NCBI GenBank assembly: GCA_033581555.1
Contig: JAVQSZ010000002.1
Coordinates: 70,065 to 134,064 of the forward strand
Length of the DNA stretch: 64,000 nucleotides
Source of the DNA: Nitrososphaerota archaeon
GTDB lineage: Archaea > Thermoproteota > Nitrososphaeria_A > Caldarchaeales > Calditenuaceae
Reading direction: 5' to 3'
Shown: in pieces, positions 55,459-64,000 of the stretch
Position numbering within the stretch: position 1 is the first letter of the stretch
Layout of the letters: each line of letters starts with the position of its first letter
Program-made: the position numbers and the translations under genes
Notes under the pieces: generated by a model
The model's database searches: none
What the model was told of the DNA's origin: nothing
Seen by the model: the letters and a program-made list of their open reading frames with translations, nothing else

Positions 55459-57183
55459 TTAGCCCAGGAGAGGAGGCCCGAGCTCGCCGACGTTCCTGAC
55501 CCTCGACGCGATCAACGACCCGATCCACTCGGCGAGCTCCCCGACCTTGATGCCCCTCACTACCGTGCCCCTGTGGTCCCTGAGCGAGACTGTCCCCTCG
55601 CTCGCCTCTGCCTTCCCGACGATCGCGACGAAGGAGACCCTCTGCCTGTGGGCCTCCCTGATCCTCCTCTCGAGCGTCCCCTCCGTCCAGACCTCTGTCC
55701 TGACTCCGTGCCCCTCGAGGAGCTCAGCGACCCTCCGCGCGTAGTCCGACTCGCCCTCGGTGACGGGCAGCACCGCCACCTGGACCGGTGTGAGCCAGAC
55801 CGGAAGCCTACCGTTGTAGTGCTCGAGGAGAACGCCGATGAACCTCTCGAGGCTCCCGAGGATCGCCCTGTGTATCATCACCGGCCTCCGCCTGACGTTG
55901 TCCTGGTCGACGTACTCGAGCCCCAGCCTCTCGGGCATGAAGAAGTCCAGCTGGACGGTCGTACACTGCCATCTCCTCCCCATCGAGTCCTCGACGTCGA
56001 CGTCTATCTTCGGGCCGTAAAAGGCCCCCTCGCCGTGCTTGATCTGATAGCTCGCTCCGACCGCTTCCAGCGCCGACTTGAGGTCGGACTCGGCGACCTC
56101 CCAGAGCTCCGGGGTGCCGATGAACTTATCCGGCCTCGTCGAGAGGTTGACGTAGAGCCTGGCGCCGAGCGTCCTCTCCAGCACGTCGAACGCCGCCTCG
56201 AGTATCTCGGTGACTACCCGCTCGACCTGGTCGGGCCTCGCGAAGACGTGCCCGTCGTCCTGGGTGATGCTCCTGACCCTCAACAGGCCCGTCAGCTCGC
56301 CGGCCTGCTCGTTCCTGTAGACGGTCCCGAACTCCGAGAGCTTCACCGGGAGGTCCCTGTAACTCCTCGGCTTACTGGCGTAGATCATCGCGTGCCCTGG
56401 GCAGTTCATCGGCTTCAGGACGTACTCCTCGTCGCCGAGCGTGAAGTGGAACATCCTGTCCCTGAAGGTCTCGTAGTGTCCAGTCCTGTACCAGAGCGTC
56501 GACTTGAAGAGGTGGGGCGTCCAGACCTCCTGAAAACCCAACCTTCTGTTAACCTCCCTGATCAGCCTGATCAGCTCGTCCCTGATGACGAACCCCCTCG
56601 GGTGGAAGAGGATCAGCCCAGGCCCCACGTTCTCGTTAACGCTGAAGACGTCAAGCTCCCTCCCGAGCGATATGTGGACCGGCTCAGCCTGCTTGACCTC
56701 GACCGCGGCGACCGCACCGCTCTCCTGCTCGGCCCGTCGGACCTGCGCCCGCTCGGCCCCCCTCCTCGCGACCTCCTTGGTCACGACCCTCAGCTGCTCC
56801 GCGAGCGGGTGGCCCTTCACCGAGACCGAGAACCTCTTGTTCCACCCGAAGGGAGCCCTGTGGACCTCAATCCCGAGACCCGCCGCGCGGTCGGCCATGA
56901 ACCTGATCAGCTCGAGGGCCTTCGAAGGCGGAGCGAGGTCCGGGCTCAGGTGGGCATAGGGGTAGATCAGGAGCCTCTTGGCCCCAAGCCGGTCCATCGC
57001 TTCCTTCACCTGCCTCACCATCTCCTCAGCGACCTCCTCTCCGTCGTCACGCTCGACGGTCGTAAAGAGCACAAGGAGGTCCTCGTGCCTCTTGACGCGC
57101 CTCTCGGCCTCCTCGTGGACCGGCCCCTCGACCGCGATCGGCTCGTACTCGATCGAGTCGACGTGGAGCTGCAGCGCCCTCAT
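55459..57183 (-). CDS. thrS: Threonyl-tRNA synthetase (archaeal type with N-terminal DTD-like editing domain)
   Basis: 574 aa. N-terminal ~130 aa with LLIYPYAHLSPDLA (archaeal editing-domain-like). Class II core FKSTLWYRTGHYETFRDRMF, anticodon-binding C-terminus. Confidence 0.85.
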   Translation of the reverse strand: MRALQLHVDSIEYEPIAVEGPVHEEAERRVKRHEDLLVLFTTVERDDGEEVAEEMVRQVKEAMDRLGAKRLLIYPYAHLSPDLAPPSKALELIRFMADRAAGLGIEVHRAPFGWNKRFSVSVKGHPLAEQLRVVTKEVARRGAERAQVRRAEQESGAVAAVEVKQAEPVHISLGRELDVFSVNENVGPGLILFHPRGFVIRDELIRLIREVNRRLGFQEVWTPHLFKSTLWYRTGHYETFRDRMFHFTLGDEEYVLKPMNCPGHAMIYASKPRSYRDLPVKLSEFGTVYRNEQAGELTGLLRVRSITQDDGHVFARPDQVERVVTEILEAAFDVLERTLGARLYVNLSTRPDKFIGTPELWEVAESDLKSALEAVGASYQIKHGEGAFYGPKIDVDVEDSMGRRWQCTTVQLDFFMPERLGLEYVDQDNVRRRPVMIHRAILGSLERFIGVLLEHYNGRLPVWLTPVQVAVLPVTEGESDYARRVAELLEGHGVRTEVWTEGTLERRIREAHRQRVSFVAIVGKAEASEGTVSLRDHRGTVVRGIKVGELAEWIGSLIASRVRNVGELGPPLLG

Positions 57184-57259
57184 TCCCCCGCAGAGGGCCC
57201 CCGGTCGACCATAACTTAAACGGGTACCGTTCGGGACCGCGCGGTTCAGGGTTATCTAC

Positions 57260-57577
57260 TTGGGGCTCGAGGGGCGCGGCGTGAGCTCGATCGATGACGT
57301 GAGGATCGAATCGGTCGAAACCGAGGGGAAGGTCAGCCTCTTCAAGGGCAGGGCGAGGGTCTCGGGGGTCGAGGTGCGGTTCAGCGGGATAGCAGTCTAC
57401 ACGATCGGAGGTCCGACGGTCGGGATTGAGCTCGACGAGGACTCGAGGCTGAGCCTCGCTGCGATGGGGGTCTCCGGAGAGGCAATCGACGAGCTCCTCG
57501 GCGAGCTGACGAGGCGCATAGTTGAGGGGGATTTGATCCTCGCGGGAGAGAAGAGGGTCAGGGGTCAGCCCCTTTGA
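57260..57577 (+). CDS. Hypothetical protein (105 aa)
   Basis: ORF with consistent codon usage; 4 nt overlap with the downstream NTF2-like gene. No motif. Confidence 0.35.
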   Translation: MGLEGRGVSSIDDVRIESVETEGKVSLFKGRARVSGVEVRFSGIAVYTIGGPTVGIELDEDSRLSLAAMGVSGEAIDELLGELTRRIVEGDLILAGEKRVRGQPL

Positions 57578-58005
57578 CGGAGCGAGGGCCTCAGGACCCG
57601 TTCGAGGCGGTGGTCTCGGCCTACGAGTCGATCGGGCGCGGAGACGTCGAGTCGCTCATCGAGGCCTACGCAGAGGGATACACGCTGGTCAGCGAGCTGA
57701 ACCCCGGGGAGCTCCTCGAGCCCGAGAGGGCGATCGCGACGAGGAGGTCGATGCCTGCTCAGATCGCCGACCTCGAGTTCAAGCTTGAGGAGGTTCACAC
57801 AAGGCGGATCGGGAACGACGCGGCGCTGGTCGTCTACAGGCTGAGGTACAAGGGGATCCTCGTCTACCAGTATAGGTTCGAAGGAGCTTATCTCGAGGTC
57901 GAGGCGATTGGGACCGCGCTCCTAGTGAGGGAGGGAGAGAGGTGGAAGATCGTCCACGAACACCTCACGCCGCTAACGCGCCCCTTAGACGTCACCTCTC
58001 GGTGA
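57574..58005 (+). CDS. NTF2/SnoaL-like fold protein (DUF4440-like)
   Basis: 143 aa; pattern of conserved D/W/H in ...ERWKIVHEHLTP typical of NTF2-like small proteins. Confidence 0.4.
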   Translation: MTERGPQDPFEAVVSAYESIGRGDVESLIEAYAEGYTLVSELNPGELLEPERAIATRRSMPAQIADLEFKLEEVHTRRIGNDAALVVYRLRYKGILVYQYRFEGAYLEVEAIGTALLVREGERWKIVHEHLTPLTRPLDVTSR

Positions 58006-58378
58006 GCCAGCCGATCACGCCCTCTGGGTCCTCGGTCTCGACGTAGACGTCGATCCACCCGATCTCAGGTATCTCGTCCTCCTCGAGGAAGGAGACCGTC
58101 CCGACGTAGGCGGCCTGCTTGCTCAGGACCAGCCTCACGTAGCCCGTGCCGGAGTAGGACCTGATGATCCGCTCGGCCGCAGCCCTCACCTTCCTCCTCC
58201 TCAAGTTCTCCTTTAGGTACTTGAGAGAGGAGAGCTGGTCGGACTCGCCGTAGACCTCGACAGACCCTCCCCTCTCCCTCACCTCGAATTTCACCTCGGG
58301 GAACAACCTCGAGACCGCGGCCAAGACCTTCCTCTGGTCCTCGGTCGGCTTGACCTCCGCTACGATCCTCACCCTCAC
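57992..58378 (-). CDS. UPF0201/COG1325-family small protein (putative RNA-binding)
   Basis: 128 aa. N-terminal MRVRIVAEVKPTEDQRKV... resembles the conserved archaeal UPF0201 family. Confidence 0.45.
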   Translation of the reverse strand: MRVRIVAEVKPTEDQRKVLAAVSRLFPEVKFEVRERGGSVEVYGESDQLSSLKYLKENLRRRKVRAAAERIIRSYSGTGYVRLVLSKQAAYVGTVSFLEEDEIPEIGWIDVYVETEDPEGVIGWLTER

Positions 58379-58389
58379 GCGGCCTCCAC

Positions 58390-58845
58390 GTGAAGCCCGC
58401 GACTAAAAGTCAAATGAGCGGTCTGGCCCAGCGGTGGCCGATGGCGAAGTTCTCCGTCACGTTGAAAGGAAGGAGCGCGGACGCGACGGTCCACGCGGAC
58501 AGCCTCGAAGAGCTCAGGTCGTTGGTAGCGGAGGTTAAGGCCCTCCTCGACGAGCTCGACGGTCACGGTGCCGAGCCCGAGGCTCGAGCGTTGCTGGGGA
58601 AGAGGAGGGGGTCGTCGGAGGCGGCGCTAGCGCTCGAGGCGATCGGGTCGCTGCTCGTGCCGAGGGGCTTCTTCGCAAAGCCCAGGAAGACCTCGGAGGT
58701 CAGGGATGAGATCGAGCGGCTTACCGGGCTGAAGCTTCAGAGCAGGAAGGTGAGTCAAGCCCTGGGATACCTCTACAAGAGGGGCCGGCTCCGGAGGTTG
58801 GGCTCGAAGGGCGAGGACTCCTATGTCTCGGCTCAAACTAACTAA
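58390..58845 (+). CDS. Hypothetical protein (151 aa)
   Basis: ORF with archaeal codon usage; basic C-terminus; no motif. Confidence 0.35.
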   Translation: MKPATKSQMSGLAQRWPMAKFSVTLKGRSADATVHADSLEELRSLVAEVKALLDELDGHGAEPEARALLGKRRGSSEAALALEAIGSLLVPRGFFAKPRKTSEVRDEIERLTGLKLQSRKVSQALGYLYKRGRLRRLGSKGEDSYVSAQTN

Positions 58846-58965
58846 CCGGCACCCTCGGAGAGGGACGCGGGCAGGCGATGACTGGTTTGACCAGGTCCGA
58901 GCGGTGAGGTCCCACGGGACAGGTCGAGCCTGCCATCCTTTATACGGGCGCTCGTTGACCTTGGA

Positions 58966-59346
58966 GTGATGTCGGAGGGCGATGACATCGAGCTGAGGCT
59001 GATCAGGTTGAGGAGGCTGAGTAGGCTGATGGCCTCGAGGGTGGCCCAGGAAGCGAAGACCGTCGATGACAAGAGGTCGGCCGTCGAGGAGCTGAAGGCT
59101 CATTTGGACGAGAGGGGGATCGAGGTGTTGGAGGAGGCCCGAGAGCTGAACCCGACTTTGGCCGAAAGAGTCGCGGAAGCGCTGCTGAACGCCGTGAGGG
59201 GCGGGAGGCTCGAGTCGCCCATCGATGCCGGCGCTCTCCTAAGGCTCTTCAGGTCATTAGGCCTCCCGGTCAGGCCATCGACGTCCGTTAAGGTCCTCAA
59301 GGACGGAGAGGTCAAGGACCTCAGCAAGTACCTCGCGGAGCGCTAA
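58966..59346 (+). CDS. PDCD5/TFAR19-like dsDNA-binding protein homologue
   Basis: 126 aa. Pattern EAK...EE....ILE.AREL.P..AERV...L........G.L...I....L..L parallels the PDCD5-family helical bundle. Confidence 0.45.
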   Translation: MMSEGDDIELRLIRLRRLSRLMASRVAQEAKTVDDKRSAVEELKAHLDERGIEVLEEARELNPTLAERVAEALLNAVRGGRLESPIDAGALLRLFRSLGLPVRPSTSVKVLKDGEVKDLSKYLAER

Positions 59347-59389
59347 TCGTCAACCCGCTCGAAAACGCTTAATCGCGCTCGGGACGTCG

Positions 59390-60787
59390 ATGACCGGTTT
59401 GGAGGGCTACAGCTCGCCTTCGAGCACAGACCTCGAGAGGCTCAGAAGGGTCCTGGGGCCGGAGGACGTCTCGACCGACCGGTACGACCTCATCACGAAC
59501 TCGCTGGACGCCTTTCCCGGGGAGGTCCACTTACCCGACGCGGTCGTCTGGCCCGAGACCCCTGCGGAGGTCTCAGAGGTGCTGAGGCTCGCGAACGAGC
59601 GACGAATTCCGGTCTACGTCAGGGGCGCGGGCACCGGGCTCGCGGGCGCCTGCGTCCCGGTCTACGGGGGGATCGTGATGAACACGATGAAGATGAACAG
59701 GGTCCTCGAAGTCAGGCCCCTGGACTTCCAGGTCGACGTTCAGCCAGGCGTGATCTACGACCAGCTCAACGCCCACCTCGCGCCCTACGGGCTCTTCTTC
59801 CCCCCTGACCCTGGAAGCAGCAGGTCCTGCACGATCGGCGGGATGATTGCGAACAACGCCTCGGGGCTGAGGGCGGTGAGGTACGGCGTCACGAGGGACT
59901 ACGTCCTCTCGGTGGAGGTGGTGCTGCCCACGGGAAAGCAGATGCGTGTCGGGGTGAACGTCTTCAAGTCATCGATCGGGTACGACCTGGTCAGGCTGCT
60001 AGTCGGTTCGGAGGGGACGCTGGGGGTGATAACCGGCTCTACGCTGAGGCTGAGGAGGCTCCCGAGGCACAGGATGACCGTCGCGGCCTACTTCGACTCG
60101 ATCGAAGGTGGAGTGTCGGCGATCGGCTCGATCAGGCAGGAGGGCCTTGAGCCGGCGGCGATCGAGTTCCTCGACAGGGTCCACCTCGAGCTGATCTCGG
60201 CGCACTCGAGCGTGCTCCTCCCGTCCCACGAGTGCATGCTGATCCTCGAGTTCCACGGGTACTCGGCCAGCGGCGTGGGTGACGAGGTGAGGGCCGCCGC
60301 AGCCATACTCGGCGAGAGCGGCGCGGTCCTGGTCGACCTCCCGAGGGACCCGGAGGAGGAGCAGCGGATTTGGGAGGCGAGGAAGGCGCTTTACCCCTCG
60401 GTGACTAGGGCCTGCAGGGCGCCGATAACTGGGGACGTAATCGTCCCGCTCTCGAGGCTGATGGAGACGGTGATGAAGGCGTACGAGCTCGGCAGGAGAT
60501 ACGGCGTGAGGGTCGGAGTCGCAGGACACCTCGGCGACGGGAACATTCACGCGAACTGGCTCACCGAAGGCCGCGACACCGATTCGTGGAAAAGGGCCTG
60601 GAGGGCTAACGCGGAGCTTGTGAGCTACGCGATCTCGGTGGGGGGCGCGGCCTCCGCGGAGCACGGCATAGGGATCGAGAAGAAGGAGTTCATGAGGGAG
60701 CAGCACGGCGACACCCTCGAGCTGATGCGGCGGATCAAGGAGCTCTTCGACCCCAACTGGATCCTCAACCCGGGAATAATGCTCTGA
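59390..60787 (+). CDS. FAD-linked oxidase (GlcD / D-lactate dehydrogenase family)
   Basis: 465 aa. FAD-binding PCMH domain (PVYVRGAGTGLAGA), C-terminal FAD-oxidase domain (GVAGHLGDGNIHAN..., HGIGIEKKEF). Confidence 0.8.
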   Translation: MTGLEGYSSPSSTDLERLRRVLGPEDVSTDRYDLITNSLDAFPGEVHLPDAVVWPETPAEVSEVLRLANERRIPVYVRGAGTGLAGACVPVYGGIVMNTMKMNRVLEVRPLDFQVDVQPGVIYDQLNAHLAPYGLFFPPDPGSSRSCTIGGMIANNASGLRAVRYGVTRDYVLSVEVVLPTGKQMRVGVNVFKSSIGYDLVRLLVGSEGTLGVITGSTLRLRRLPRHRMTVAAYFDSIEGGVSAIGSIRQEGLEPAAIEFLDRVHLELISAHSSVLLPSHECMLILEFHGYSASGVGDEVRAAAAILGESGAVLVDLPRDPEEEQRIWEARKALYPSVTRACRAPITGDVIVPLSRLMETVMKAYELGRRYGVRVGVAGHLGDGNIHANWLTEGRDTDSWKRAWRANAELVSYAISVGGAASAEHGIGIEKKEFMREQHGDTLELMRRIKELFDPNWILNPGIML

Positions 60788-60857
60788 GGACCATCCACGA
60801 CAAGCCTGTTTATGTTCGCATACCGTTAAATCGCCGACGTGCTGTTAAGTCTCAGAC

Positions 60858-61730
60858 ATGCTTTCAGCCCTGAAGTCCGGATGGGCCTGGGCTTCGGTCT
60901 TCGCCGCGGCACTAGTCCTGTCCTCGGTTCTGACCGTGGGCCTCAGCGAGCAGTCCTACTTCGTCTACGAGTACCGGCTTGAGCGCGCTGACGGACCGTC
61001 CGTCTCAGGGAAGCTGAGGGTCACCGCGACCGAGGTAGGCGAGGGGACGGTCAGGCTTAGGGTTGACTTCACCTTCAACGACGGCGTCGCGTCGCTCGAG
61101 AAGAACGTCCCCGCATCGGCCTTCATCGTCCCTACGCTGCCCGCTGACTTCTCGCCGGGCACCTTCAGCTACTCAAGGGGGAACTACTCGCTCCTCGTGA
61201 CCGTCGAGGAGGTCGGAAGGGCCCAGAGACAGGTCGGAGGTAGGACTTACCAGACCGTGAGCTACTCGGTCAGGGCGGTCTCTGCAGTCGGCGGCGACCG
61301 GCGCACCGAGTTCACAGCGACGGTCGAGGCGATCGAGCCGTCTAGGGTGATCTACGCCCACTCGGCCTCGCTCGCGTCGGATGGCCGATGGTTGAAGTCC
61401 CTTGAGCTCAAGCTCACCGACTCGAACATCGACCTCGCTTCTGTCAGGCCTGCTGCTACCTCGTTCGCGGTCGAGAGGCTGCTGACCGTCCCCTACGCGT
61501 CCGGCGTCATCGAGGCGGGCTCGGGCATCGCGTCCTCTGGGTCTAACCCCTTGAAGCCTGTGGGTCCGGGAGCCTCGGTCGAGCAGGCCTCCCAGGACCA
61601 GGGCCTCAGGGTCGCAGCGGTCGGCGTCGCTGGCCTCGCAGCAGTAGCGGCGGTCGCGGTCCTCTCGCTGAGGGCCTCCAGGAGGACGGGTCCCGCTGAC
61701 GCGGCTCTGGGGAAGCCTCATTACGTCTGA
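60858..61730 (+). CDS. Secreted/cell-surface protein with N-terminal signal and C-terminal TM anchor
   Basis: 290 aa. N-terminal hydrophobic signal, S/T/V-rich beta-rich body, C-terminal AAVGVAGLAAVAAVAVL anchor; directly upstream of an ABC-2 pair. Confidence 0.45.
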   Translation: MLSALKSGWAWASVFAAALVLSSVLTVGLSEQSYFVYEYRLERADGPSVSGKLRVTATEVGEGTVRLRVDFTFNDGVASLEKNVPASAFIVPTLPADFSPGTFSYSRGNYSLLVTVEEVGRAQRQVGGRTYQTVSYSVRAVSAVGGDRRTEFTATVEAIEPSRVIYAHSASLASDGRWLKSLELKLTDSNIDLASVRPAATSFAVERLLTVPYASGVIEAGSGIASSGSNPLKPVGPGASVEQASQDQGLRVAAVGVAGLAAVAAVAVLSLRASRRTGPADAALGKPHYV

Positions 61731-61742
61731 GGGCCCGAGGGC

Positions 61743-62681
61743 TTGGGAGCGGTCATAAGGGTCGAGTCTCTGGTCAAGGAGTACCGGGACGGAGGGAGGG
61801 TTGGGCCTATAACTCTCACCGTGGGTCAGTCGGAGGTCTACGGGCTCGTTGGCCCGAACGGCTCCGGGAAGACTACCACGCTGAGGGCGGTCCTGGGGCT
61901 CCTCAGGCCTACGTCAGGACGCGTCGAGGTCCTCGGCGCCGACCCTTTCGAGGACCCCAAGAGGGTCAACTCCCGCGTCGGTTACTCCCCGGAGCTCCCG
62001 ACCTTCCCGGCCTTCTTCACCGCAAGGAAGCTGCTCGAGGTGACCTGCAGGCTGAAGGGCATGAGCCTCCAGGAGACGAAGAGGGAGGTCGAGAGGGTGC
62101 TCGACCTGACCGGGCTGGTCAGGCACGCCGACAGGAGGGTCGCTGGCTTCTCGAAGGGGATGATACAGAGGCTCTCAATCGGCCAGGCCCTCGTCGGCGA
62201 CCCGGATCTCCTGATCCTCGACGAGCCGATGCTCGGGGTCGACCCGGTCGGGAGGGTCCACATCAGGGAAGTCCTGCAGGAGGAGAGGAGGCAGGGCAAG
62301 ACGATCGTCTTCTCCTCCCACGAGCTGTACGAGGTCGAGAGGGTCTCCGACAGGGTTGCGATGGTCTACATGGGGAGGACCGTGCTCGAGGGGTCGGTCG
62401 CGGACCTGCTGAGACCGAGCGAGGACGTCGTCCTCGAGGTCAGGGTGAAGAGGCCGCCGGCCGACGGCGTGAGGAACGCCATTCTGAGGACTGAAGGGGT
62501 GAGGTCGCTGGAGATCGACGGCCAGGCCCTGAGGGTCGTATTCGATGGGTCGAGGGACCCGAGGGAGGAGATCGCGGACCTGCTGGTCAGGTCGGGTTGC
62601 GGGCTGCTCGAGATGAGGACGGCCCCGCCTTCGCTCGAGGACGTCTTCGTCAAGGTGGTCAGGGATGGCGTCCACTCTTAG
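61743..62681 (+). CDS. ABC transporter ATP-binding protein (ABC-2 associated)
   Basis: 312 aa. Walker A GPNGSGKTTT, signature FSKGMIQRLSIGQAL, Walker B LILDEPMLGVD. Confidence 0.8.
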   Translation: MGAVIRVESLVKEYRDGGRVGPITLTVGQSEVYGLVGPNGSGKTTTLRAVLGLLRPTSGRVEVLGADPFEDPKRVNSRVGYSPELPTFPAFFTARKLLEVTCRLKGMSLQETKREVERVLDLTGLVRHADRRVAGFSKGMIQRLSIGQALVGDPDLLILDEPMLGVDPVGRVHIREVLQEERRQGKTIVFSSHELYEVERVSDRVAMVYMGRTVLEGSVADLLRPSEDVVLEVRVKRPPADGVRNAILRTEGVRSLEIDGQALRVVFDGSRDPREEIADLLVRSGCGLLEMRTAPPSLEDVFVKVVRDGVHS

Positions 62682-63516
62682 GGCCCTGACGGTGCTCGTC
62701 GAGTACGAGTTATTGCGCAGTTTAGCGAGGCGCCGCGTGCTCCTCCTGCTGACAGCGACCCTGCTCCTCGAGGTCGCGATCTACTTCGTCCTCACGAGGC
62801 TCCCGCCCCTCTTCGTGAACCCGATAAGGCAGTATGCGTGGTCGGTCGGGCTGATCGCGCCCTCCACGGCCCTCCTTCACGTCCTCGCGATCACGATCGG
62901 CGCCTCGGCGTCCTCGGAGGAGTACGAGACCGGCACGGCGGACTTCTGGTTCACGAGGCCGATCTCGAGGCTCGAGTATTTCGCGGGCAAGACGCTGGGA
63001 GGCCTGCTACTCCTCGGGTCCATCATAGCCCTATACTCTTCGTTGGCCCTGGTCCTGTCCTGGTACGCCTTCGGCCCTCAGTCGAGGCTCGACGCCCTCG
63101 TCCTGGGCATCGCGGCCTCTCTCGCCTCCGCGGCGCCCTCGTTCGCGCTGGGCGTGGCGCTCGGCGAGCTGACCAGGAGGAGCATGATCGCGATACTCCT
63201 CGGCGGAATCCTCTTCTTCGGGTCGGTGCTGTTCCAGAGCTACGCGAACGTCGTCGCGGTCCTCAACAATGACAGGTCGCTCCTCGAGATCGCCTCCTAC
63301 CTTCCCAGCTGGGGCGCGGTGGGCTACACGGTCACCGTGGTCTCTGAACTCCTGAACCTGCGCGGCTTCGCGGCAAGCTTCTTCGCGGCCGCTTCCGGGC
63401 TCACGCTCGTTGACGTCGGGAGGGCCCACCTCAGCATCCTCGCGTACTCGGTCGCGCCCTTCCTCGCGGCCTGGTTCAGGCTCAGGTACGGCGACGTCAC
63501 GAGGCGGTCTGCCTGA
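62665..63516 (+). CDS. ABC-2 type transporter permease
   Basis: 283 aa, six TM segments; overlaps the upstream ATPase by 17 nt. Confidence 0.65.
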   Translation: MASTLRALTVLVEYELLRSLARRRVLLLLTATLLLEVAIYFVLTRLPPLFVNPIRQYAWSVGLIAPSTALLHVLAITIGASASSEEYETGTADFWFTRPISRLEYFAGKTLGGLLLLGSIIALYSSLALVLSWYAFGPQSRLDALVLGIAASLASAAPSFALGVALGELTRRSMIAILLGGILFFGSVLFQSYANVVAVLNNDRSLLEIASYLPSWGAVGYTVTVVSELLNLRGFAASFFAAASGLTLVDVGRAHLSILAYSVAPFLAAWFRLRYGDVTRRSA

Positions 63517-63559
63517 CCGGAATTTGGCTTAAATTCAGCTGATCCCTAGGGGCGTAGAG

Positions 63560-63715
63560 ATGTCGAAGAAGACCCTGCCCAAGAAGAAGAGGCTGGCCGC
63601 GGCGACGAAGAGGGCGAAGCCGGTCCCGGCGTGGATAAGGCTGAGGACCGGGAACGAGGTGACGGTCAGCAGGAGGCAGAGGAACTGGAGGCGGTCCGCA
63701 AGCGTGAAGCCGTGA
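63560..63715 (+). CDS. rpl39e: 50S ribosomal protein L39e (eL39)
   Basis: Not in the ORF track (51 aa). My translation of ATG at 63560 gives MSKKTLPKKKRLAAATKRAKPVPAWIRLRTGNEVTVSRRQRNWRRSASVKP*, the classic eL39 pattern. It sits immediately upstream of L31e, as in many archaea. Confidence 0.8.
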   Translation: MSKKTLPKKKRLAAATKRAKPVPAWIRLRTGNEVTVSRRQRNWRRSASVKP

Positions 63716-63720
63716 GGTGA

Positions 63721-63990
63721 GTGAGGGTGACCGAGAGGAAGTGGGAGGTCACGCTGAACCTTAGGGACGCGTACGAGTCCAAGCGGTTGAGGAGGGCGAA
63801 GAGGGCGATCACCCTACTGAAGGAGAAGGCGAGGAGGATCGCGAAGGCGAAGAGCGTCGTGATCGACCAGTCCCTGAACGAGGTCTTCTGGAGCAGATCC
63901 GCATCAAGGCCGCCGAGGAGGCTCAAGGTCGTGATCGAGAAGGTCGACGACGAGACTGCTGAGGTCAAGCTGTCCGGTTCGGAGGGGTGA
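63721..63990 (+). CDS. rpl31e: 50S ribosomal protein L31e (eL31)
   Basis: 89 aa (GTG start). EVTLNLRDAYESKRLRRAKRAITLLKE...VVIDQSLNEVFWSRSASRPPRRLKV matches the eL31 family. Confidence 0.8.
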   Translation: MRVTERKWEVTLNLRDAYESKRLRRAKRAITLLKEKARRIAKAKSVVIDQSLNEVFWSRSASRPPRRLKVVIEKVDDETAEVKLSGSEG

Positions 63991-64000
63991 ACCCCCTGGA

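Noticed and set aside
55573-57219. 548-aa + strand ORF antisense to thrS
   Set aside because: Shadow ORF of a strongly supported aminoacyl-tRNA synthetase; low-complexity translation.

Overview
This 64 kb window is GC-rich archaeal chromosomal DNA, above 60% GC by eye except for one island. Arginine codons are strongly biased to AGG/AGA, many genes overlap by a few nucleotides, and archaeal-specific genes are present (TiaS, NAC alpha, archaeal-type NMNAT, L39e/L31e, por operon, type I-A cas genes, a PIN-ATPase of the PINA type). The source is most likely a hyperthermophilic crenarchaeon (Thermoprotei); no finer assignment is possible from sequence alone.

Most of the window is core metabolism and translation:
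- A flavin/F420-dependent LLM oxidoreductase, an amidohydrolase and a ThrC-like PLP enzyme on the + strand, facing a dihydropyrimidinase/hydantoinase and an adenine deaminase on the - strand.
- A sulfite-oxidase-like Mo enzyme and a phnDCE-like ABC importer with an upstream regulator.
- AspRS, ribosomal proteins L11 and L1 (convergent and overlapping), and tRNA-Gly(GCC).
- The porGDAB 2-oxoacid:ferredoxin oxidoreductase operon.
- Three ABC-2 exporter pairs, a PLP decarboxylase, an acyl-CoA synthetase and an HpaB/4-hydroxybutyryl-CoA-dehydratase-family gene.
- A Hef-like helicase, NAC, NMNAT, two GcvH-like proteins, an aldo/keto reductase, a membrane-anchored penicillin-acylase-family Ntn hydrolase, an SCP2 protein, RtcA, YchF and TiaS.
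- TrmO, an A-ATPase E-like protein, a PINA ATPase, a ROK kinase, an aminotransferase, an MBL hydrolase, ThrRS, several small conserved unknowns, a GlcD-like FAD oxidase, and L39e/L31e.

The accessory part is a clearly lower-GC island of roughly 9 kb (about 24.2 to 33.3 kb). It carries a complete type I-A CRISPR-Cas interference cassette on the - strand, in the order csa5, cas7/csa2, cas5, cas3' helicase, cas3'' HD nuclease, cas8a-like, cas6. A divergent csa3 (CARF plus wHTH regulator) follows, then two uncharacterised genes: a wHTH/beta-rich protein and an HsdR_N-like PD-(D/E)xK nuclease-domain protein with an unknown C-terminal domain. I found no CRISPR array, no cas1/cas2/cas4, and no integrase or transposase in the window.

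Similarity statements rest on recognising motifs in the provided translations, not on database searches. Coordinates follow the supplied ORF track. Where I propose a different start codon, I say so.
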